A DNA stretch of 39,253 nt. It comes from Verrucomicrobiota bacterium (GTDB lineage: Bacteria; Verrucomicrobiota; Verrucomicrobiia; Chthoniobacterales; UBA10450). Below the pieces are notes generated by a model, which ran no database searches, was not told where the DNA came from, and was given only the letters and a program-made list of their open reading frames with translations. The stretch is from positions 1-39,253 of the forward strand of contig QHPC01000016.1 in assembly GCA_003218915.1 (NCBI GenBank), written 5' to 3'. The translations under genes and the position numbers were made by a program. Of this stretch, positions 24,438 through 32,764 are shown in pieces. Each line of letters begins with the position of its first letter. Positions within the stretch are counted from its first letter, which is position 1.

Positions 24438-26390
24438 ATGCTCGATTTCGTTGTTTATCTCCTCTATCGCACAGGGTTAGCAATTGCCGCCGCAATACCA
24501 ATGCGCGTTCTCTTTGCCGTTGGACACTTTCTCGGTTTTTGTACCTGGCTCGTTTCCGGAAAATATCGACGCCTGGCGAAACGCAATGTTGCCATTGCGT
24601 TTGCCAATGAAAAGACCCCGCGGGAAATGCGTCGGCTCGTCCGCCGCCATTTCCAAAGACTCGGCGCTAACCTTCTCTGTAGCGTTAAGCTCACCTCGAT
24701 GCCGCCGGAGAAAATCCTGCAGCGGGTCAAGGTTGACAACATCGAAGCGATGGACCGGGAATTTCGCGCCGGCGTTCCTGTGGTGCTGGTTTTGAGTCAT
24801 CTCGGAATATGGGAATTGTTCGCGCAATTGATGCCGAAGTTCGTCGGCTACGTGCGCAACGCGAGTGTCTATCAAAAACTTGGCAATCGCTTCATTGACG
24901 CGCATGTGCGCCGGACACGTAGCCAAACTGGCCTGGAATTGTTCGATCGCCAGCAGGGATTTCAAACTGTAATCGATCTGCTGCGGTCCGGTGGTGGCGT
25001 TGGTGTTTTGTCCGATCAGCACGCTGGCGATCACGGACTGTGGACACCCTTCTTTGGAAGGCTGGCATCCACTTCACCGCTGCCAGCCTTACTTGCCAGG
25101 AGGACCCGAGCGGCGCTAATCGCTGCGGGAGTTTACACCACCGGTCCAGCGCGCTGGCGCCTGGTGTTTACCGAGCGCTTCGAGCGGAAGGGCGCCTCTG
25201 TTGTTGAGCTGACTGCAGAAATCAATCAGATCATCGAACGGCAAATTCGCGTCGCGCCGGAAGATTGGTTTTGGGTACACAATCGCTGGAAAACGCCCCA
25301 GCCTAACTTCCTTCTGGCGCAGTACAAACGTGGCGTCTATGTACCACCGGGAGTTTCATCCCAAGATCTAAAGCCATTCCGAATTCTCATTCGTTCAACC
25401 AACTGGCTCGGTGACGCGGTGATGAGCGTGCCCGCTGTCCGCGCAATCAAGGCCGGACGTCCCGATGCTCGAGTCACTATTGCCGCCCCAGAAAACATTG
25501 CGCAGATATGGAAGCTGGTTCCCGAAGTGGATGCGATTATTCCTGTGTCGGGGAGCCGACTCCTTTCAGCTGTGCAGTTACTCCGGCGCGAACCGTCTTT
25601 TGATGTGGCCATCCTTTTCCCGAATTCGCTGCGCGCCGCGCTGGAGTCATGGCTGACCGCAATTCCGCGAAGAGTCGGTTATCGCGGCCATTGGCGATGC
25701 TGGCTGCTTAACCAAATCGTGCCGGTCCCACGAAAGACAGCGCCGCCGGAACATCATTCGCTCCGTTTTCTCCGTATCTCGCGCGAATGCGGCGCGGATA
25801 CGTCTAACTCCGACAGATCGCTAGCAGCCGTTCGACAGTCAGCAGACAGCCTCCAAATGGCCAACGGCCGCCAACGGATCAAAATCGGTCTTTGTCCCGG
25901 CGCAGAATATGGCCCCGCCAAACGCTGGTTACCCGAGCGTTTTGCCGAGGCGGCCGAAAGAATCAGTGCGCAATCGCCCGTCCAATGGGTGTTGTTTGGA
26001 ACGGCGCGCGACGCCTCGGCTGGCGAGCAGCTCGCGGCCGCGCTTGGTGATCACTGTGTGAACCGGATTGGTCAGACCACACTTGACCAGCTAATCGACG
26101 AATTGCACGAATGCCGGTTACTGCTTACGAACGATACCGGCACGATGCATCTCGCCGCATTATTGGGAATACCTGTCGTTGCCATTTTCGGCTCAACGGA
26201 GCCTCGACTTACTGGCCCACTTGGCAACGGTCACATCATCCTGCGGCATCATGTCGAATGCAGCCCTTGTTTTCTTCGCCAATGTCCGATTGATTTCCGC
26301 TGCATGAAGGCAGTCAGCGTCGAGGAAGTTGCCAATGCTGTGCTATCGGTCTTGGCTGAGAGATTTCAAATCTCACACTCGCGAGCATGA
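24438..26390 (+). CDS. Fusion protein: LpxL/HtrB-family lipid A (Kdo2-lipid IVA) late acyltransferase plus a GT9 ADP-heptose:LPS heptosyltransferase (WaaF/RfaF-like)
   Basis: N-terminal half: an RRLAKRNVAIAF start and the HX4E motif SHLGIWE. C-terminal half: ILIRSTNWLGDAVMSVPAVRAIK, LLLTNDTGTMHLAALLGIPVVAIFGSTEP and CSPC. It is one continuous frame. I chose the ATG at 24438. Confidence 0.85.
   Translation: MLDFVVYLLYRTGLAIAAAIPMRVLFAVGHFLGFCTWLVSGKYRRLAKRNVAIAFANEKTPREMRRLVRRHFQRLGANLLCSVKLTSMPPEKILQRVKVDNIEAMDREFRAGVPVVLVLSHLGIWELFAQLMPKFVGYVRNASVYQKLGNRFIDAHVRRTRSQTGLELFDRQQGFQTVIDLLRSGGGVGVLSDQHAGDHGLWTPFFGRLASTSPLPALLARRTRAALIAAGVYTTGPARWRLVFTERFERKGASVVELTAEINQIIERQIRVAPEDWFWVHNRWKTPQPNFLLAQYKRGVYVPPGVSSQDLKPFRILIRSTNWLGDAVMSVPAVRAIKAGRPDARVTIAAPENIAQIWKLVPEVDAIIPVSGSRLLSAVQLLRREPSFDVAILFPNSLRAALESWLTAIPRRVGYRGHWRCWLLNQIVPVPRKTAPPEHHSLRFLRISRECGADTSNSDRSLAAVRQSADSLQMANGRQRIKIGLCPGAEYGPAKRWLPERFAEAAERISAQSPVQWVLFGTARDASAGEQLAAALGDHCVNRIGQTTLDQLIDELHECRLLLTNDTGTMHLAALLGIPVVAIFGSTEPRLTGPLGNGHIILRHHVECSPCFLRQCPIDFRCMKAVSVEEVANAVLSVLAERFQISHSRA
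26362..26375. repeat. Heptamer-type repeat patch 1 (gatttcaaatctca), the inverted partner of 26679-26692
   Basis: The reverse complement is tgagatTtgaaatc, against tgagatCtgaaatc at 26679-26692 (13/14 match). It lies in the last codons of the LpxL-WaaF gene, 12 nt before the four-helix-bundle start. Confidence 0.7.
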
Positions 26391-26926
26391 CTTACGAACG
26401 TTTTGAAGACCTGCTTGTGTGGCAGCGGGCTGCGGAACTCTACGAAGCAACAGAGGAGCTATTGGAACACCGGAGTTTTGCTGCCACCCGCGGATTCAGG
26501 GACCAATTGGATCGCGCGGGGTTGTCCGTGTCGAATAACATCGCAGAAGGCTTCGAGCGCGGCACGACAAACGAACTCCTCACCTTTATTTACATCGCAC
26601 GGGGTTCAGCTGGCGAGGTTCGCTCTATGCTTTGCTTGAAGGAACGACGCGCCAAGAAAGCCAATTGGTCCGCTGATTTGAGATCTGAAATCTCAAATTT
26701 GAAATCTATTGCCATCTCTTGCTCGAAACAATTGCGTGCGTGGGCAGAGCATTTCCAGAATTCCGGCATTAAAGGCCCGCGGCACCTGAGTAGTCAATCT
26801 CGGCGCCAGTTGGAACAGAGGAAGCGCGCAACCGCATTCAACGAAGAACTCCTTCGGAAATTATCACCAACCCATCCGCTGCGAGTAGCAAAGCAAACAC
26901 AGGCGAGTCTGAAATCTCAAATTTGA
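26387..26926 (+). CDS. Four-helix-bundle protein (23S rRNA intervening-sequence protein / DGR Avd-like family) with an extended C-terminus
   Basis: The family signature is FEDLLVWQRAAELY...RDQLDRAGLSVSNNIAEGFERGT..E...FIYIARGSAGEVRS. Its ATG overlaps the upstream stop (ATGA at 26387-26390). Confidence 0.85.
   Translation: MTYERFEDLLVWQRAAELYEATEELLEHRSFAATRGFRDQLDRAGLSVSNNIAEGFERGTTNELLTFIYIARGSAGEVRSMLCLKERRAKKANWSADLRSEISNLKSIAISCSKQLRAWAEHFQNSGIKGPRHLSSQSRRQLEQRKRATAFNEELLRKLSPTHPLRVAKQTQASLKSQI
26684..26706 (+). repeat. 23-nt perfect direct repeat, copy 1 (tctgaaatctcaaatttgaaatc), inside a patch of 7-nt degenerate tandem units
   Basis: Read directly. The patch at 26675-26707 parses as gatttga|gatctga|aatctca|aatttga|aatct. 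It also contains a 9-bp hairpin, atttgagat(26676-84)/atctcaaat(26690-98). Confidence 0.9.
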
Positions 26927-26930
26927 AATC
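26908..26930 (+). repeat. 23-nt perfect direct repeat, copy 2, spanning the stop codon of the four-helix-bundle gene
   Basis: It is identical to 26684-26706. The patch at 26905-26939 parses as gagtctga|aatctca|aatttga|aatccta|aatctag. Confidence 0.9.
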
Positions 26931-26942
26931 CTAAATCTAGCC

Positions 26943-27413
26943 ATGGCCGTTTCTCCGCGCATTCGCACACAAGTGCAGGTGATGTTTTTTGATACCGATT
27001 GCGGAGGTGTTGTCTCGAACATCGCTTATCTGCGTTTCATCGAGATCGCTCGTACGCTTCTTGCTGAAGAGCTTGGCCTCGCCCTCACGGAAATGGCCGA
27101 GAATCAGAGGTATCCGGTAGTTGTCCGAACGGAGATTGATTATCGCCGGGCGGCTAAACTCGGAGATCAACTCGTGATCGAAGGCCGGCTGGAACGGGTG
27201 GAGCGCGTACGGTTCTGGTGTGCATTCCAGATTACACGACTCAAAGATAACACCCTCATCGCCCAATGCCGACAGATGCTTGCACTAATCGAGATGCCAG
27301 AAGGAAAGCTACTTCGTCTACCGGAGCACTGGGAAAAATATCGCGGCGATGATTCCGCCGAATTACAGCGCGAATCGCAGGCTCCAACTTCTGACAAGAA
27401 ATACACTCAATGA
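26943..27413 (+). CDS. Acyl-CoA thioesterase, hotdog fold (YbgC/4HBT-like)
   Basis: [24 protein letters not shown] is the typical 4HBT N-terminal catalytic Asp region. Confidence 0.82.
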   Translation: MAVSPRIRTQVQVMFFDTDCGGVVSNIAYLRFIEIARTLLAEELGLALTEMAENQRYPVVVRTEIDYRRAAKLGDQLVIEGRLERVERVRFWCAFQITRLKDNTLIAQCRQMLALIEMPEGKLLRLPEHWEKYRGDDSAELQRESQAPTSDKKYTQ

Positions 27414-29203
27414 CTGCTGGCGCCCGCAGCCTAAGTCTAGAAGAAACTCTGCTCGAGCCGCCGGCGCTGCCGCCACCGCCCACGCGCCATGCTTTGTTCG
27501 TCATTCTGATTGCGTTGGCCGCGCTGCTGCATGTGGCGACGATCGATTCCGGGGATTTGTACAGCCAGACGGAAGGACAGTACGCAGGAGCCGCTCGCGA
27601 GATGGTCGAGACGCATCATTGGCTTCTACCTACGAACAATGCCGCGCCGCGGCTGCAAAAACCCCCATTGCTCTACTGGCTGATCATCATTTCGTTTAAG
27701 CTCTTTGGCGTCAGTGCGGCGACTGCCAGGCTCCCGGTCGCTCTTGCGGTTGTCGCCTGTACCGCACTCATCTTTCTGATCGGGGAAAAGCTCACGGATT
27801 ACTGGCGTGGTTTTATCGCTGGTCTGATTTATCTGAGTCTGTGCGGCACATTTCTGCTCGCGCGCATCGTCATGCCCGAACCGCTGGTTAGCGCGCTCAT
27901 CGCGGGTACCATTTTTTGCGCGATCGGCGGTTATCAGCATCGGCGTAACCGCCGTATCTGGTTCGCCGGCTTTTGGATTTGCTCGGCTTTCGCCTGCCTG
28001 ACCAAAGGTTTGCTCGGCATCGCTTATCCCGCCACGGTTTTTCTTATCCTCTCAATCTTCTACCGCGAAGCACGCATACGATTTCGTGGGCTGTTGCGAT
28101 GGGAATATCTCGCGATTTTCGCACTGATCGTCGCACCATGGCACATTTGGGCACAATGGCATTTCCCCGGGTATTTTCGTTATCAGATCAGCTCGGAATG
28201 GCTGGGCCATCTGCGCGGCCTTACCGACGAAACACACGATTTCCTTGGCATGCCTGCGTACCAGTTTTTGGTCATGCATCTTGCCTGGTGGTTTCCATGG
28301 TCGATTGCGCTCTTGCCCGGCGTAATTTTTGCCTGGCGCCGTGTGATTCGACCGCGCGAGATCAGTTTCGCGGAGGCACTGCCACTTTGCTGGATGGGCG
28401 TGGTTTTTATTCCGCTGCTGTTTCTGGGGCAACGCCAGGATTATTATTCAATGAGCATGTGGAGCGCATTCGCGCTCTGGGCGGCCGTTGCATGGGAGCG
28501 GATACCGCAGGGGTTACGTGCCGCCGGTGCAATCGCTGTCGGACTCGTCGGCACGATGACCGCGGCCGCGGTATTCTTTCTTGCGGGCGCGGCCCGCGCT
28601 CTGAACGGTAACTGGGGGACAATGGACGCGCGCTGGACGGCTTGGAAGGCGCTGCAGGACATGCCAGTTTCAACATGGCTGGCATTTCGACCATTGGTTG
28701 TGGTGTTTGGCATCTCGCTCATTTGTTTGTCGCTGGTAGCCGTGTACCTTATTTTCAAGCAACGCGAGAGACTTGCGGCCATCGCCCTTGCCGCATCGAT
28801 GATCCCGGGCGGCCTCAGCATGATGGAAGCGGTCGCGCACACCGCTCCTTATTTTTCACTTGCTGATATGGCACGATTTCTAAATCCGCGCCTGGATGCA
28901 GGCGCCCATACAATCTTTGAAGGACCGCTCGACGACAGTAGTAGCCTCATTTTTTATCTGAACCGGAAATTTTTCCTGGTTAATCAGAAACCCGAGAAAG
29001 AGACCCCAATGGGCAATCCTTCCATTGATATGTTTTTGAACGAAGCCGCGGTGTTGGAAAAATGGGGTCAACCCGACGCGGTTTATCTGATTATCGAGGA
29101 AAGCCGGGCCGATTATTGGAAGCAAATCTTAACCAGCCACTTTCACATCTACCATCAAATCACAAAATGCGGGACCTACGTCGTGCTCAGTAATCAATTA
29201 TGA
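27410..29203 (+). CDS. ArnT/PMT_2-like GT-C glycosyltransferase (family 39/83-like), polytopic membrane protein
   Basis: It has more than 10 predicted TM helices. After TM1 it carries [13 protein letters not shown], then [13 protein letters not shown], typical of undecaprenyl-phosphate-sugar-dependent transferases. Its ATG overlaps the thioesterase stop (27410-27413). Confidence 0.8.
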   Translation: MTAGARSLSLEETLLEPPALPPPPTRHALFVILIALAALLHVATIDSGDLYSQTEGQYAGAAREMVETHHWLLPTNNAAPRLQKPPLLYWLIIISFKLFGVSAATARLPVALAVVACTALIFLIGEKLTDYWRGFIAGLIYLSLCGTFLLARIVMPEPLVSALIAGTIFCAIGGYQHRRNRRIWFAGFWICSAFACLTKGLLGIAYPATVFLILSIFYREARIRFRGLLRWEYLAIFALIVAPWHIWAQWHFPGYFRYQISSEWLGHLRGLTDETHDFLGMPAYQFLVMHLAWWFPWSIALLPGVIFAWRRVIRPREISFAEALPLCWMGVVFIPLLFLGQRQDYYSMSMWSAFALWAAVAWERIPQGLRAAGAIAVGLVGTMTAAAVFFLAGAARALNGNWGTMDARWTAWKALQDMPVSTWLAFRPLVVVFGISLICLSLVAVYLIFKQRERLAAIALAASMIPGGLSMMEAVAHTAPYFSLADMARFLNPRLDAGAHTIFEGPLDDSSSLIFYLNRKFFLVNQKPEKETPMGNPSIDMFLNEAAVLEKWGQPDAVYLIIEESRADYWKQILTSHFHIYHQITKCGTYVVLSNQL

Positions 29204-29316
29204 CGAGTTGTTGATTTGTTAAAATGGTACCCGCCTTAAGTGAGTTAAAAAGGAATGATGTGTTCACCTTGAAAAATTCCGGAGCTGAATTAGTGTGCGA
29301 GCTCTTTTCCCGTTTA

Positions 29317-29333
29317 ACCCGCTTGAGGCGGGT
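29317..29333 (+). promoter_or_regulatory. GC hairpin (acccgc-ttgag-gcgggt) followed by a T-rich tract. It could be a weak terminator or a 5'-UTR element
   Basis: Read directly. The 3' arm ggcgggta (29327-29334) is also complementary to tacccgcc at 29228-29235, so alternative pairings are possible. It lies 25 nt upstream of the small basic protein ATG. Confidence 0.25.
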
Positions 29334-29358
29334 AACAATTTTAACTTTTTACCTACCC

Positions 29359-29514
29359 ATGTCGCAACATCGCAGTTTAAAAGGAGCCAGCACGATCGCC
29401 GCCAGGCGCAATGTGTTAAAGCGCTTCGAACGGGTCGAGCTTCTGAAAAAGCGCGGTCAATGGAAGGAAGGCCAGAAGGTCATCGGCCTGCCCAAAACCA
29501 AGCCAGATGTTTAA
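29359..29514 (+). CDS. Small basic protein (about 51 aa, Lys/Arg-rich), of a family I recall as restricted to PVC-type bacteria
   Basis: The sequence is MSQHRSLKGASTIAARRNVLKRFERVELLKKRGQWKEGQKVIGLPKTKPDV. The RNVLKR.ER...L.K.G.W......GLPKTK pattern matches my memory of the TIGRFAMs 'small basic protein' family. I chose the internal ATG at 29359 of the 96-aa ORF. Confidence 0.65.
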   Translation: MSQHRSLKGASTIAARRNVLKRFERVELLKKRGQWKEGQKVIGLPKTKPDV

Positions 29515-29522
29515 TTGCAAGC

Positions 29523-29597
29523 GTGAGAAGTGATTGGTGAAAGGTGACGGGTGGCGCTTTCGCCTGTCCATCCCACTTCTCTCCAATCACATCTCAC
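29523..29597 (+). repeat. 75-nt imperfect palindrome / predicted long hairpin between the small basic protein gene and rluB
   Basis: The outer arms are gtgagaagtgattgg (29523-29537) and ccaatcacatctcac (29583-29597), with 14/15 complementary. The inner stem is ggcg-cttt-cgcc (29553-29564). The octamer gagaagtg (29525-32) can also pair perfectly with cacttctc (29574-81). Confidence 0.6.
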
Positions 29598-29605
29598 TCG
29601 CTTAA

Positions 29606-30409
29606 GTGCGTCTCAACCGCTTCCTTGCTGCTGCCGGTCTTGGTTCACGTCGGCATTGCGATGAGTTGATCACCCGCGGCCGCGTCACAATCAATGGCAA
29701 GATCTGCACAAACTTCAGTGCGCAGCCAGGGGAGCGCGACCACGTCAAAGTCGATGATAAACTTGTTTGCCCCGCTCCAGTCCTTACGATCATGTTGCAT
29801 AAACCGGGCGGATTCGTTTCGACTCGAAAAGATCGCCACGCCCGTGACACGGTCTTTGATCTCCTGCCCGAAAAATTTTCTCAACTCTTCAATGTTGGAC
29901 GTCTCGACGCGCAAACAGAAGGTTTGCTGCTTCTGACGAACGATGGTGAATTGGCCCAGCGGCTCACTCACCCCCGTTTTAAGGTCGACAAGGAATATGA
30001 GATCACACTGGATCGACCGTGGGATCCGTCGCTTGCTCCAAAGCTGCTGCGCGGAATTGTTCTTGATGGCCAACGCGCGAAGATTGCGCGCCTTCGTTCC
30101 CTCTCGCCTACGCGTCTTCGCCTTATCTTGCGGCAGGGAATAAATCGGCAGATTCGGCGCATGTTCCAGGCCGTCGGGTACCGCATCAAACATCTTGTGC
30201 GCGTTCGAGTCGGGAATCTTCGCCTCGGCGATTTGCCCTGCGGGCATTGGCGGGCATTGACGAAGCATGAACTCAAGGATTTGCATTTGATGAATAGCAG
30301 CGGTGTTGTAGCCGCGGGCGCTGACCGCGGCAGAAAGGAAGCTGCCTACGTTGGCAAGCCGAGGTCAACGCCCTCGGCTACAACATCAAATGAAACTCGA
30401 AGGCTGTAA
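29606..30409 (+). CDS. rluB: Pseudouridine synthase, RsuA/RluB family, with an N-terminal S4 domain
   Basis: The S4 domain is RLNRFLAAAGLGSRRHCDELITRGRVTING. The catalytic motif is GRLDAQTEGLLLLTNDGE. It starts with GTG. Confidence 0.85.
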   Translation: MRLNRFLAAAGLGSRRHCDELITRGRVTINGKICTNFSAQPGERDHVKVDDKLVCPAPVLTIMLHKPGGFVSTRKDRHARDTVFDLLPEKFSQLFNVGRLDAQTEGLLLLTNDGELAQRLTHPRFKVDKEYEITLDRPWDPSLAPKLLRGIVLDGQRAKIARLRSLSPTRLRLILRQGINRQIRRMFQAVGYRIKHLVRVRVGNLRLGDLPCGHWRALTKHELKDLHLMNSSGVVAAGADRGRKEAAYVGKPRSTPSATTSNETRRL

Positions 30410-31187
30410 CGCGCTCATCACCGGCGCTTCCGCTGGAATCGGCCGCGAATTTGCGCGCCAACTTGGCAGTCGCGCACGATCACTCATTCTAATTGCGCGC
30501 CGCGAGCAAAGGCTCAGTGAACTGCGCAACGAACTAAATCGCCAGTATCCGAATCTCGCGGTTTCGTTTCGCAAAATTGATCTCGCAGATCTTGCACAAC
30601 TGAATGAACTGCTGGCATGGCTGGATCATGAAAGGATTGATGTCGATCTCTTGATCAATAATGCCGGATTGGGCGACAGCGGCGCCTTCGCAACGAGCAA
30701 TCCAATTCGCAACAAGCAAATGACGTTCGTAAACATCGTCGCCCTGACCACACTCACCCGCCACTTACTTCCACGAATGATCGCCAGAGGACGTGGCGGC
30801 ATTCTGAACGTTAGCTCGTCGGCTGGATTTCTTCCGATTCCCGGCTTTGCCGTTTACGCGGCAACCAAAGCCTGCGTCACAAGCTTCTCTGAAGCGCTTC
30901 GGGCGGAACTTCAGGGGACAGGCGTAAGCGTCTGCGCTCTTTGTCCGGGTCCCGTACACACGGAATTTCAGGAAGTCGCCAAACGGCTGGGCGCTCAACC
31001 GGATACCGGCCCGGAGTTCGTTTTCGTTCCAGTAGAACAAGTCGTCCGCGAAGCGCTTACGGCATTGGAGGCGAACCGACCGCTTGTTATTCCGGGCTTC
31101 CCGATGAAACTCGGGATGTTTCTCGTTCGCATAACTCCGATGCCCGTCCTTCGGATGCTGTCACGGCTCGCACCACGTCGGGGCTAA
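30390..31187 (+). CDS. Short-chain dehydrogenase/reductase (SDR)
   Basis: TGASAGIGREFA, NNAG and YAATK motifs. I chose the ATG at 30390, which overlaps the rluB end by 20 nt. Confidence 0.85.
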   Translation: MKLEGCNALITGASAGIGREFARQLGSRARSLILIARREQRLSELRNELNRQYPNLAVSFRKIDLADLAQLNELLAWLDHERIDVDLLINNAGLGDSGAFATSNPIRNKQMTFVNIVALTTLTRHLLPRMIARGRGGILNVSSSAGFLPIPGFAVYAATKACVTSFSEALRAELQGTGVSVCALCPGPVHTEFQEVAKRLGAQPDTGPEFVFVPVEQVVREALTALEANRPLVIPGFPMKLGMFLVRITPMPVLRMLSRLAPRRG

Positions 31188-31235
31188 GTAGCGATGCTAA
31201 CTAAATGATACAGATGGAATCGGACGCTACTTAAA

Positions 31236-31733
31236 TTATGGCGGGCTAGTTAGTTTTCGCGTTAAGATTGCGCCAATGAGTTGCTGTCCGGCAGGCAAAG
31301 GATTTGCTTCCCGCCCGGGGGCGACCGTTTCGATTCGCGCCTCACCGAGTTCGTCTGCAATCAGCCACGTGTCGGCATAAAAATTCTCCTGCAGATACGA
31401 CATGCTCCATTGGGTGAAATACTGGTCGGTGCTTGGAACGAAGAAGAGGGCATTGGGCAGATAGACCGCTGTCAAGGGTCGAGCACGTTCGATTTCCATC
31501 GTCGCCGCAGTTTGCTTCTCGCGCACCCCACCGTATGGGCCGTACAGCGGAAATAGAAAGATATAGCGTGTGGCTGAGCGGCGATGTGCATAGAATAACA
31601 GTTCCGACTCAGCACCGAAAATAAATACAGGGGCCTCCGGTGGTGTCACGTTTTCGATTCGCTGTGCAAACTCGGGCATCTCGGCGAAAAAATTGCCGGG
31701 GTAAATCTTTCTCACCGCTTCCGAATTTTCCAC
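31236..31733 (-). CDS. C-terminal (extracytoplasmic) part of a GT-C/PMT_2-like glycosyltransferase. It is probably the downstream half of a frameshifted gene
   Basis: Its start overlaps the end of ORF 31712-32764 by 22 nt, in the -1 frame. This frame has a stop immediately upstream (31737-31739). The combined length of about 508 aa matches the neighbouring paralogues. Confidence 0.6.
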   Translation of the reverse strand: MENSEAVRKIYPGNFFAEMPEFAQRIENVTPPEAPVFIFGAESELLFYAHRRSATRYIFLFPLYGPYGGVREKQTAATMEIERARPLTAVYLPNALFFVPSTDQYFTQWSMSYLQENFYADTWLIADELGEARIETVAPGREANPLPAGQQLIGAILTRKLTSPP

Positions 31734-32764
31734 AATTTAATACCATCGAACCATTCGGCGCCAGCGGCAGCTGCCAGAGCTAGCGGCGGAAGCAGCTGCT
31801 GAAAGTAGTGTGGAAAGAAATATCCGCTCGCACTCACCCCGATGGCACTTGTGATAAGCCAGCCCACCAAAAAAACGGACCACTTGACTCTTCCCGATGT
31901 GAAAAGCCCAGCCAAGCCGACTGTGGCGAATGCCCAAACAGTCGCTTGGGTTCGCGCGAGGATGGTGAGCGTGCCCCAGCAATATTCAAGCCGCGCTGGC
32001 GCTCCAATACCAGCGATGTACTGCAAGTTGTGAGTGAAAACGTTATCGACAAACTCGTGCGATCCGCCATGCCGCCAGAAATAGAACAACACCAGGGCCA
32101 GCACGATTAACAGGCCCAGCGCTGACCAAGCAATAAATGAAATTGCGCTTCGCCAACGTTTCTCTCCTCGGGCAAAAATCGGATAGGCAGCAGCGAGTAA
32201 GAACCAGTTCACAATTGCTACCTGCTTGAACATGACGGCGATCCCAGTTAATGCGCCGGCGAGTACCATTAACCAAACGGTGCGCTGGTTTTTTGCTGCT
32301 GCGATAAAAAAGGCGATTTGCGAAAAGATGAGCGGGCATAACATAAAGATCTCGGTATTCGCCGCCGTTCCTTGCGCCAACGGATCTGCGCCTAGAAGCG
32401 CGAAGAGCGCTGCCCCCAGCCAAGCCCAAAAACGATCCATGAATCGCAGCCCTAGGAAAAAGAGCGCACACGCGGAAGCCGCGGCAAATAACAATCCCGC
32501 GAAATGAATCGCACGAACAGATTCGAAGGGCAGGCTCAACGCGAGCCGATAGATGTAAAAAACAGCTGGCGGCTTTTGGTCGACCCAATCCCGATAGGGC
32601 AATTCATTGTATCCGAGCCGCCATGCGATATAGGCGTACTCACCTTCATCGCGTTCAAGTGGAATCGACAAAAGCGGAGCTCTTACTGCCGCTACGATTA
32701 GAACGATGCCAGCTGCCAGCAGGATCGTCTGGATGCCACCAACATTCGCTCCCGGTCTCGTCAT
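31712..32764 (-). CDS. N-terminal polytopic membrane part of a GT-C/PMT_2-like glycosyltransferase
   Basis: After TM1 it has SIPLERDEGEYAYIAWRL...DQKPPAVFYIY (loop-1 DE motif plus KPP motif), followed by multiple TM helices. Its ATG overlaps the upstream gene's stop (ATGA at 32761-32764). Confidence 0.75.
   Translation of the reverse strand: MTRPGANVGGIQTILLAAGIVLIVAAVRAPLLSIPLERDEGEYAYIAWRLGYNELPYRDWVDQKPPAVFYIYRLALSLPFESVRAIHFAGLLFAAASACALFFLGLRFMDRFWAWLGAALFALLGADPLAQGTAANTEIFMLCPLIFSQIAFFIAAAKNQRTVWLMVLAGALTGIAVMFKQVAIVNWFLLAAAYPIFARGEKRWRSAISFIAWSALGLLIVLALVLFYFWRHGGSHEFVDNVFTHNLQYIAGIGAPARLEYCWGTLTILARTQATVWAFATVGLAGLFTSGRVKWSVFLVGWLITSAIGVSASGYFFPHYFQQLLPPLALAAAAGAEWFDGIKLWKIRKR

Noticed and set aside
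26387-26926. The four-helix-bundle protein as part of a diversity-generating retroelement
   Set aside because: There is no reverse transcriptase, template repeat or variable repeat pair, or target gene anywhere in the window. Only the Avd-like fold family is shared.
29645-30286. 213-aa ORF antisense to rluB
   Set aside because: It lies entirely within the strongly recognisable pseudouridine synthase gene on the opposite strand. It has no recognisable motifs. It is a typical shadow ORF.
31712-31736. Programmed -1 ribosomal frameshifting in the split PMT_2-like gene
   Set aside because: There is no canonical X XXY YYZ slippery heptamer in the correct phase and no obvious downstream stimulatory structure. 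A simple indel or a sequencing error is more parsimonious.
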